From Octopus sinensis (lineage: Eukaryota), in the NCBI RefSeq assembly GCF_006345805.1, contig NW_021825416.1, positions 1 to 18,195 on the forward strand: a stretch of DNA of 18,195 bases. The letters run 5' to 3'. A model generated the notes under the pieces. That model did not search any database. It had not been told where the DNA came from and was given only the letters and a program-made list of their open reading frames with translations. The position numbers and the translations under genes were made by a program. Within the stretch, counting starts at the first letter, position 1. Each line of letters starts with the position of its first letter. Below, piece by piece: positions 9,477 through 18,195 of the stretch.

Positions 9477-9509
9477 GTGTGTGTGTATGTATGTATGTAT
9501 GTATGTATG

Positions 9510-9543
<34 letters not shown>

Positions 9544-9692
9544 TGTATGTATGTATGTATGTGAGTATGTATGTTGTTATTATGCCTTTGCATGTATATA
9601 TACATGCATGTGTGTATGCATGTATGCAGGTATGCATATTTGTATATATGTATCTATGTGAAGTTGTATGTGTTTTAGGTATGCTTATATGC

Positions 9693-9730
<38 letters not shown>

Positions 9731-9827
9731 CATGTATTTATATGTATACATGTGTGTATACTTGTATGCATGTATATTGCACATATGTATGTATATATGC
9801 ATGCATATATATATATATATATATAAT

Positions 9828-9864
<37 letters not shown>

Positions 9865-10019
9865 ATACATATATGTGTGTGTGTATGTTTGAGTGTGTGA
9901 GTGTTTGTATTTGTGCACATAAGTGAGAATATGCTTATGTATATGTGTATGTGAGCTCTGTCATGTATATATAGGTTTTTATGTACTATGGTTTTATGTA
10001 TGTGTAGATAAAATACATA

Positions 10020-10062
<43 letters not shown>

Positions 10063-10215
10063 TTATATATATATTACTATATATATATATATATAATCCA
10101 TACATACATACATACATACATACATACATACATACATACATACATGTATATATGTATATATATATATATATATATATGTAACATATATATGTATATACAT
10201 GTGTGTGTGTGTGTA
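9477..10215. repeat. Compound (TATG)n/(TA)n/(CATA)n/(TG)n microsatellite block
   Basis: Directly visible. Confidence 0.95.
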
Positions 10216-10469
10216 TGAACTTTGTGACAACGTTAGTAGTTGTGATGGTGTTATTGTTGTTAGTGTTTGGCTAGGTGTCGGGGTGGGGGTGGGGATGATG
10301 TCGGGTGGAAAGCATTGATTACAGTGTTGTGTTATGTTATGTTTGGTCAGTGAGCTCCTCGTTGAACTGCAGGTGTCTCAATCTTTGTGTTGAGAACGGC
10401 ATCAAGGCGAGATACGGTTTCATATATTAAATAGTCTGATGTAAACAACGAAAGCACACTAAAAACCCA

Positions 10470-10524
10470 CGTTATACACACATACCTACACAACCACACA
10501 CCACACACCACACCACACCACATA

Positions 10525-10558
<34 letters not shown>

Positions 10559-10616
10559 TGTATTTTATGTATGTATGTATTATATATATATATTATATAT
10601 ATATATATCTATATAT

Positions 10617-10683
<67 letters not shown>

Positions 10684-10791
10684 TATATATTTGTGTATAT
10701 ATATATATATTTATATATACATATATGCATGTATGCATATATATATGTATATAATATGTGTATGTATATATATGTTTATGTGTGTGTGTGG

Positions 10792-10867
<76 letters not shown>

Positions 10868-11015
10868 ATATATATAACGAAACTTGTCACACCAATACCA
10901 TCACTGTCACCACCCCCGCCGCACCCACCTCCACCATAACAGCCACCAGGACCACTGCGCTTCCTCCACCGCCATCACCACCACCACCACCATCACAACC
11001 ACCCTCATCACTACT
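10470..11015. repeat. (CA)n/(TA)n block followed by degenerate (ACC)n
   Basis: Directly visible. Confidence 0.9.
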
Positions 11016-11095
11016 CTGTCGCCCTGTCACTCGTATGCATACTTATTCACCCACATAGGCACAGCTATACGCCATAATTTAGTATATTCAACCGT

Positions 11096-11478
11096 GGAGG
11101 CAAATGGCCCCAGTGGTTAGGGCAGCGGACTCGCGGTCATAGGATCGCGGTTTCGATTCCCAGACCGGGCGTTGTGAGTGTTATTGAGCGAAAAACACCT
11201 AAAGCTGCCACGAGGCTCCGGCAGGGGATGGTGGTGATCCCTGCTGTACTCTTTCACACAACTTTCTTTCACTCTTACTTCCTGTTTCTGTTGTACCTGT
11301 ATTTCAAGGGGCCGGTCTTGTCACTCTCTGTGTCACGCTGAATATCCCCGAGAACTACGTTAAGGGTACACGTGTCTGTGGAGTGCTCAGCCACTTACAC
11401 GTTAATTTCACGAGCAGGCTGTTCCGTTGATCGGATCAACCGGAACCCTCGTCGTCGTAACCGACGGAGTGCTTCCAT
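11096..11478 (+). mobile_element. SINE family A copy A2, full length with a tRNA-like head
   Basis: A box TGGCCCCAGTGG (11105-11116), B box GGTTTCGATTCC (11149-11160) and tRNA-like spacing. The body is nearly identical to A1 and A3. No TSD was found. Confidence 0.95.
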
Positions 11479-11661
11479 CCCAGACCTGATTGGGAGGAGT
11501 CTTAGTCTGTGTTGGGTTTCATTGCCTATATCCATGGCATGAACTCGGTACCAGAGACTAGTGTCAGGAAACCCTAGATATTGAAGAAAACGGAGTTACC
11601 TCTATCCTGACACTACTCGTACGTCTGTTCTGACCTGGAACGCTAGCACCTGCAAAGATTG

Positions 11662-11837
11662 CTCTTTTACTCTTTTACTTGTTTCAGTCATTTGACTGTG
11701 GCCATGCTGGAGCACCACCTTTAGTGGAGCAAATCGACCCCTGGATTTATTCTTTGTAAGCCTAGTACTTATTCTATCGGTTGTCAAGCGATGTTGGGGG
11801 GGACAAATACAAACATATAAATACACACACACACACA

Positions 11838-11877
<40 letters not shown>

Positions 11878-11878
11878 T
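11662..11878 (-). mobile_element. SINE family B 3' half with a 50-bp internal deletion
   Basis: (CTCTTTTA)n tail and CTTGTTTCAGTCATTTGACTGTGGCCATGCTGGAGCACC match B2; it ends in (CA)n. Confidence 0.9.
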
Positions 11879-12172
11879 ATATGAGTGCCGCAACCCGTGA
11901 GGAATCTGGGAGTTCAAAGGTGATGGGACAACACCCATCTAAAAAGAATGGAGCTATTACATTGCAGGTTGGATAATGAGCATAACAGCGTGAGGGACCA
12001 GCCTCAACAAACAAGGATTGCTGAAGGAGTCGCTCCCTTCAGCAGACAATCAGCAAACTGATAAGATAACAAGACAAGGCTACTAATTTTATTTCCTTGT
12101 TTGCTTTCATTATTGTCGCCCTTTATTCAAAAGTGTTCCGGCAGTGACCAACATGTCTTTTAGTTAGTAATA

Positions 12173-12411
12173 TATTTCTTTACTACCCACAAGGGGCTAA
12201 ACACAGAGGGGACAAACAAGGACAGACAAACGGATTAATTCGATTACATCGACCCCAGTGCATAACTGGTACTTAATTTATCGACCCCGAAAGGATGAAA
12301 GGCAAAGTCGACCTCGACGGAATTTGAACTCAGAACGTAACGGCAGACAAAATACGGCTACGCATTTTGCCCGGTGTGCTAACCTTTCTGCCAGCTCGCC
12401 GCCTTAACTAA
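12173..12411 (-). mobile_element. SINE family D copy D3 with an alternative 3' tail and a 16-bp TSD
   Basis: Head and centre match D1 and D2. TSD CTTTTAGT(T/C)AGTAATA at 12157-12172 and 12412-12427, with one mismatch. Confidence 0.9.
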
Positions 12412-12495
12412 CTTTTAGTCAGTAATAGTCTATCTTGGATGACATTATCTAATGTGTTCTACTCAATGATATAGAACACAATAATGAGGGAACTG

Positions 12496-12907
12496 TCCAC
12501 CACGGGTGACGCTTTTAGGTCTTCCGTATAAAGACTGTACAGGCTTACACCTTGCGGCAGTGAAGGGTGACAAAATCAAGGACTATCCTCATCATCATTC
12601 ATCATTGTTCGACCGTGGTCGAGACAATGGAATTTACCATACTACGCCAGACTTCACGGTCCATCATGGCATTACGGAGGTCCTGTTGCTGGATGCCTGT
12701 ATCCCTGGAGATTACATCAGGGTAGGAGAGTGTGCGCCCTCTGGTATTGCGAGTAGATGGCTTCCAGAGGAGAAGAGTAGAAATTACTTCTTTTTCAGCT
12801 CTACAACAATGTCCAGCAAACTGGACTCTCCTACCTTTCAAAAGTCCTTGTGAAAGGACTATCCTAGGTGGCACACATTGTAGCTATTCCACTGGGCCAC
12901 CCTTTTT
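12496..12907. mobile_element. Unclassified repeat 'F', copy 2, interrupted by an RTE fragment
   Basis: The flanks of the RTE insert align continuously with 8876-9010. Confidence 0.75.
12590..12853 (-). mobile_element. 5'-truncated RTE-clade LINE (ORF C-terminus and (TGA)n tail)
   Basis: Reads RRVQFAGHCCRAEKEVISTLLLWKPSTRNTRGRTLSYPDVISRDTGIQQQDLRNAMMDREVWRSMV...*, a typical RTE C-terminal motif series (RR.FAGH, LLW.P, RGR, AM.DR..WR). It has a very short TGAATGATGATG tail and the TSD AAGGACTATCCT at 12578-12589 and 12854-12865. Confidence 0.9.
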
Positions 12908-13613
12908 AAACATGATTGGATGGTTTGAGATATATTTGGTTGTCTTTTCTAACATGTCAATCAATTTATTGATTCAAATTTTCTTTCATTGCTGTATTTT
13001 ACAGTTTCAATGTACGTTTTACTTCCAAAAACTCTTCAGGCCATCTAGAAAGTTAGTCTTATCTGTCAATTGAAAATTTGTTTGAATAAGTAAATGCTGT
13101 CTCCTCATCGATGAATTTAAGTGTTTTTTCTACATGACGATATTAAAAATTTCATATACTTCTGGTACACTAGAGTGTATAACCAGCATCACTCGTATCG
13201 GCATCAACACCTTCACTCCGATCATCACCACCGCCATCATTATATCCAGTTACAGATTTTCTTAACCTCACACAATCTAACATAACACACATTCACATAC
13301 AAATTCAAGCATTACAGTTTAAACACGTTAGTTATATGGCCTCTCTGCATACAAACACCCGCTGATGTCTTCAGACATACAGCTTAGCCTGACATACCTG
13401 TTGTCCGCTGTTCACAACACGAACACGCATACAAATACACAAATACCAGTTTCATATATCATTGAAATGGTGGTCAAATTCTTATATACTGCTTCATTTC
13501 TTTGTCAGCTATATTGGAAACGGAAGTGTATGACATCTCTTAAGTGTGCTGTGATTGTGGAAAAATTCTTCGAGGCACGGGAGAATCCAAACAGTTTTAT
13601 GTTATTTGGATCT

Positions 13614-14037
13614 ACTCTTTTAATCTTTTACTCTTTTACTTGTTTCAGTCATTTGTCTGTGGCCATGCTGGAGCACCGCCTTTTAGTCGAGCAAATCGAC
13701 TCCAGGACTTTTTCTTTGTAAGCCTAGTACTTATTCTATCGGTCTCTATTGCCGAACCGCTAAGTTACGGGGACGTAGCACACCAGTATCGGTTGTCAAG
13801 CGATGTTGGTGAGGGGACAAACATAGACACACAAACATATACACACACACACATATATATATATACATATATACGACGGGCTTCTTTCAGTTTCCGTCTA
13901 CGAAATCCACTCATAAAGCTTTGGTCGGCCCGAGGTTATAGTAGAAGACACTTGCCCAAGGTGCCACGCAGTGGGACTGAACCCGGAACCATGTTGTTGG
14001 TAAGCAAGCTACTCACCACACAGTCACTCCTACGCCT
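13614..14037 (-). mobile_element. SINE family B copy B2, full length
   Basis: The reverse complement gives AGGCGTAGGAGTGACTGTGTGG, B-box-like GGTTCAGTCCC, CORE-like CACCTTGGGCAAGTG, an internal microsatellite and an (AGTAAAAG)n tail. Confidence 0.92.
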
Positions 14038-15562
14038 TTATATCATTCTTTATAGCATTCACACCACGTTTGCTACCTCTTCTTCAGCAACGAGAAAATT
14101 TTGAAATATTTTCTGCGAGGTAATTCCGGTTCGAATAAAGAAATTCCAACAAATCTTTAAAACGGTAAATTTCAGTTAAAATGTCAGATCATCAACCCCA
14201 AGACAGTGCTCTTATTCGAGGCGGGATTTTCAATTGCAAAGAGTCCTGTCGATCTTGCAGGAATTCCAATGCAGATGTTCCAGTCATTTTGGAGTCGTGG
14301 TATTTGTGTTGATACTCAGAGTATATAAACAATACAGAGTTTCTGTAGACTTTTGAAAGTTACTTCATCATCTTAGATTCTTTCCCAACTTCATATTTCA
14401 TTCGCAGAAGAATATATCATAAACCAATGCACATTTGATCAATGATCGAATATTGATATACTTTCTAGCACTGCAATCAGTTTAAAGCATTTTCTTTACA
14501 TATTTTTTACTCCATGAATCCTTCCGTTTTCTTATTCTAACCATATTTAACATTGATTTTTTTTTTTGCCATTTTTTTTTTCAACAGTCCAATTATATTT
14601 TCATCGCTTTCAACCATTTCACCATCTGATTCAACGCGCAAGTTCTTACCAGCAAAGAAAATATTTCATATTTCCATCACGTAAATATCTAAATGTGTTT
14701 TACAAAAATGTCTCTCTAAAGCAATTATCAAAACAAAACTACGAATGTTTTAATGCGTTTTAGGGAAAAACAAAAACAAAAAAAGGATCTTTTATTAGCC
14801 GGAATGAATTATCTGGCGATCAATTCCAGTTACATGTAGAGCAGTTTGAACCACATATGCTTTATTCTCTGATGTGTGAAGGAAACCATCTTCTGCCTCA
14901 ATGCATTTCTTAAGAATAAACTTATTTTTTTCCTCCCTATCTTACGAAAGATTTCAAGTAAACCTCAAGACCAAGATTAGGTTATATCTCGATATTAGTT
15001 TGCTAATGATAAAGACAAAATATAGCACTTCTGACAGCCTGGAGTGGTATGTGTTGTCTTATTTATAAAAACAAGCAAAATATAACAACAACAATAACAA
15101 CAAATACAACTACAACTACAAAACAAAAGCACCAAAATAACTCACTCTACTGATATTTCTTGTTATTTCCACAGTTAAGCAGCCAATTCCCAGGCAGAAA
15201 TCAATAGACTCTCTTATGCTGTGATTACTGTCACAAGATGGCTGTCTCCCACAAAACACATTTAGGTTTTGCCCTCCAAAAAAACTATTTATTTTGCCAC
15301 CACCTTCACCCGACTGAAAGTCAATTTGAGAGGGGAAAAAATGAACAATTACTCTTTATTGAAAAACGAAAAAAAAAAAAAAGAGACGAAACAATAGAAT
15401 GACCTATATGTTTCATCATTTGAATCATGACAATCAGAAGTCGGAACCAATAGGAATATATCTGTGACTTCTTGTCTTCTTAGACATTAACATTGAATAT
15501 ATAAAATAATGCATTTTTCTGTGTAAGTTTAAATGATTCATTTGTGTTTTTTCAATACACAC

Positions 15563-15615
15563 ATAGATAAAAGCACATATACACACACACATAGATGCAT
15601 ATATATATATATATA

Positions 15616-15700
<85 letters not shown>

Positions 15701-15828
15701 ACATATATATTATATATATATGTATGTATGTATATATGTATGCATGTATATATACATTATATATATGCATATATATGTATATATAATATATATATGAATA
15801 TATATAAGCATATATATACGCGTCTAAC

Positions 15829-15861
<33 letters not shown>

Positions 15862-15866
15862 ATAAT
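15563..15866. repeat. (TA)n/(TG)n microsatellite block
   Basis: Directly visible. Confidence 0.95.
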
Positions 15867-15989
15867 ACTGCACCAACTTTGGTGGCTATACCAGAAAAAG
15901 GAGCTATTTTTAGCACTAGAGTTAACCACTTAGCGGTAACTCTCTTATATTTAAGTATATATATATAAATATACATATATTCTTCAAAA

Positions 15990-16199
15990 TGTGACCTCGT
16001 GTGTACCGTTGGCGATTTTTTTTCCTCTGTCTTCCCTTCTCTGGATCTTTCCTTCTCCTATGTTTCCGACGAAGAGAAGACTCCGCTCGAAACGTTAAAC
16101 CCTCTTCTTCCCTTCTTTCCTGAGCGTCCAATAATACTATATTTGTTCCACGTCCTCACTTTTGTTGTGTTTTCTTGTGTTTTCTTGTTTGGATTAACT
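15990..16199 (+). mobile_element. Direct repeat 'C', copy 1 (Penelope-like terminal repeat candidate)
   Basis: Aligns end to end with 16447-16650. Both copies start TGTGACCTCGTG, end at (TA)n and carry a hammerhead-like motif. Confidence 0.75.
16062..16100 (+). ncRNA. Degenerate minimal type I hammerhead-ribozyme-like motif (copy 1)
   Basis: GTTT-CCGACGA-A-GAGAAGACTCCGCTC-GAAACGTT-AAAC; same layout as copy 2 with 4 extra nt in stem II. Confidence 0.4.
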
Positions 16200-16201
16200 T
16201 T

Positions 16202-16256
<55 letters not shown>

Positions 16257-16286
16257 CGTGTGTGTGTATGCGTATGCATATATAGT

Positions 16287-16446
16287 AGGTGTTAGCGAGG
16301 CTGTGTGATAAGAATTTGCTTCCCAACCACATGATTCCGAGTTCAGTCCCACTGCATGTCATCTTGGGCAAGTGTCTACTTCTATAGCCTCGGGACAACT
16401 AAAGCCTTGTGAGTGTCCTTGTTGACAGAAACTGAAAGAATCCCGT
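16287..16446 (+). mobile_element. SINE family B 5' module (head and CORE), 3'-truncated
   Basis: GGCTGTGTGATAAG, GAGTTCAGTCCCACTGC, ATCTTGGGCAAGTGTC and AAAGCCTTGTGAGTG; it ends at GAAAGAATCCCGT. Confidence 0.85.
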
Positions 16447-16650
16447 TGTGACCTCGTGAGCACCGCCAGCAATTTTTTCCCCTCTGTCTTCCTTCTCGGG
16501 ATCTTTCCTTCTCCTTTGTTTCCGACGAAGAGCTCCGCTCGAAACGTTAAACCCTCCTTCCCTTCTTTCCTGAGCGTCCAATAATACTTTATTTGTTCCA
16601 CGTCCTTGCGTTGCTGTGTTTTTATGTGTTTTCTTGTTTGCATTAACTAT
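16447..16650 (+). mobile_element. Direct repeat 'C', copy 2
   Basis: Aligns with 15990-16199. Confidence 0.75.
16518..16552 (+). ncRNA. Minimal type I hammerhead-ribozyme-like motif with a U4C core variant (copy 2)
   Basis: Stem I GTTT(16518-21)/AAAC(16549-52); core CCGACGA; stem II GAGC-TCC-GCTC; GAAA; palindromic stem III (A)ACGT(T); predicted cleavage after GUU at 16548. Confidence 0.55.
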
Positions 16651-16651
16651 A

Positions 16652-16694
<43 letters not shown>

Positions 16695-17811
16695 TATTAT
16701 CTATATATATATATATATATAATATATAGTACGGAATTCTCTATCCATACCGACTTATCATAGAAGCTATTTCTAGCTAAGGCATCGTAGTGAGTATGTC
16801 TGTTAAAGATGTCTTGTTTGAGAAGCGATCAGAGTTATACCGACTTATTACAATTTCATGATTGCTAATTATGGCTAAGAAAGTTTTAAAATTTTGTTCT
16901 TGTACGTGGTGTTCTTATTTGGCTTTCCTTAGAATTGGAGTTTGACTGTGCTTAGATCAATTGTTATGAATATTAAGTTGACTGGTCGCTTTAATCAAAA
17001 TTCTTAAAAACTCCTTTCAAGTTATTTTCTACATCTGTCTACTACAAAAATTTAGATTCAGATGAATATGGTACTTAAGTTGAGCCACCAGAATTTAGTA
17101 CGGTATTATCCATACAATTTCAAAGTAAGGTGATTAAAATCAAAATAAGCAACAAGGATATCCAGAGGTAATGCAATACGATCGTTTCATGCAACTCCAT
17201 TTAATTGAACAATGCAATCATTACATCAATTTAAAATGCAGAGCAATCTTCAGCTGCACGAAGACATAGAATTTAATTAAATTACAACAGGTAGACACAT
17301 TAGTATAATTATACCTAAAATCTCCAAGTTAAGGAGATAGACAAAGAACATGCTGTCTCACTCCAGTTTAGAAGTTAATGAATTTTCAATAAGATATACA
17401 TTGTTACAGACTCTGCCGGTCACTGATATTTTGTTTTTATGGGATCAGTTTTAATTTATAGACTAGTTTATCAAATCCCTTGTATATCTAAGGCTAAGAG
17501 AACAGAGGGCAGTATCTGTTAGGGGTAGAGTTGAATGAAACTTCGCTACCGCAATCGTTTAATGGAATCGAAAATAAGCTATCCTACCTATTTATCCAGT
17601 TTGACATTCTGAATTTTTGCTTATTTATCTTTAAATCTCTCCTCCTAAAAAAAAAAAAAAACTATGGCGGAGCTGAGATAGCGGTTCCCGTCTGATGGCT
17701 TGTTCTCGACGAACGTATAAAGTAAAACTCTCATAATTCCGGGTTTTACAGACATGACGGCATAGCAATCGCATACAATATGAATTACCGTGGTCAGGCT
17801 ACGGCCCATTT

Positions 17812-18183
17812 GGATTTGGAAGCACTCCGTCGGTTACGACGACGAGGGTTCCGGTTGATCCGAATCAACGGAACAGCCTGCTCGTGAAATTAACGTGTAA
17901 GTGGCTGAGCACTCCACAGACACGTGTACCCTTAACGTAGTTCTCGGGGATATCACAGCGTGACACAGAGAGTGACAAGGCCGGCCCTTTGAAATACAGT
18001 TACAACAGAACAGGAAGTAAGAGTGAGAGAAAGTTGTGGTGAAAGAGTACAGCAGGGATCACCACCATCCTGCCGGAGCCTCGTGGAACTTTTAGGTGTT
18101 TTCGCTCAATAAACACTCACAACGCCCGGTCTGGGAATCGAAACCGCGATCCTATGACCGCGAGTCCGCTGCCCTAACCACTG
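17812..18183 (-). mobile_element. SINE family A copy A3, 5'-truncated within the A box, with a TSD of at least 12 bp
   Basis: Reverse complement of A2. TSD TACGGCCCATTT at 17800-17811 and 18184-18195; the window ends there. Confidence 0.95.
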
Positions 18184-18195
18184 TACGGCCCATTT

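Noticed and set aside
11096-11175. tRNA gene
   Set aside because: The tRNA-like head lacks proper acceptor and T-stem pairing and continues into a ~300-bp SINE body.
12019-12044. Hairpin TGCTGAAGG...CCTTCAGCA as a hammerhead or terminator
   Set aside because: CTGAAGG is not the CUGANGA core and there is no GAAA. Bacterial-style terminators are irrelevant in this context.
14040-14760. Possible decayed transposon coding sequence on the minus strand (e.g. LKIPPRIRALSW)
   Set aside because: There are multiple stops and no downstream Cys/His knuckle or other recognisable motif; a tBLASTx search would be needed.
15880-15945. Helitron 3' end (small hairpins near CTAG)
   Set aside because: The hairpin is only 4 bp and AT-rich, CTAG is not followed by T, and no 5' TC end was identified.
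310-16643. Most ORF-track entries (poly-HT, YI, CV, poly-L/V/H/D/E)
   Set aside because: They are translations of microsatellites or SINEs, which stay open because the repeat units lack stop codons.
17588-17644. Possible 57-nt upstream exon on the minus strand (poly-T+AG acceptor, AG|GTAGGA donor)
   Set aside because: The signals could arise by chance from the A-run, and nothing links it to the candidate gene.

Overview
Eukaryotic, AT-rich, repeat-dominated DNA. The SINE families and microsatellite density look like an octopus (cephalopod) genome; this is pattern recognition, not a database result. Most ORF-track entries are translated microsatellites and are not genes. Supported content: (1) three young copies of a tRNA-headed SINE ('family A'), two with clean TSDs; (2) several copies and fragments of a CORE-type SINE ('family B'); (3) three copies of a third SINE ('family D') with two different 3' tails; (4) a 264-bp RTE-clade LINE 3' fragment with a 12-bp TSD, inside a repeat that has an uninterrupted paralog in the window; (5) a decayed Gypsy integrase C-terminus followed by a PPT and a probable LTR; (6) two ~205-bp direct repeats, each with a minimal type I hammerhead-ribozyme-like fold of the kind known from Penelope-like elements; (7) a candidate minus-strand first coding exon (7077-6981) encoding a signal-peptide-like N-terminus, with a possible second exon at 981-902. 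Family letters are my own labels. No rRNA, true tRNA or CRISPR array was seen. All alignments and folds were done by eye.
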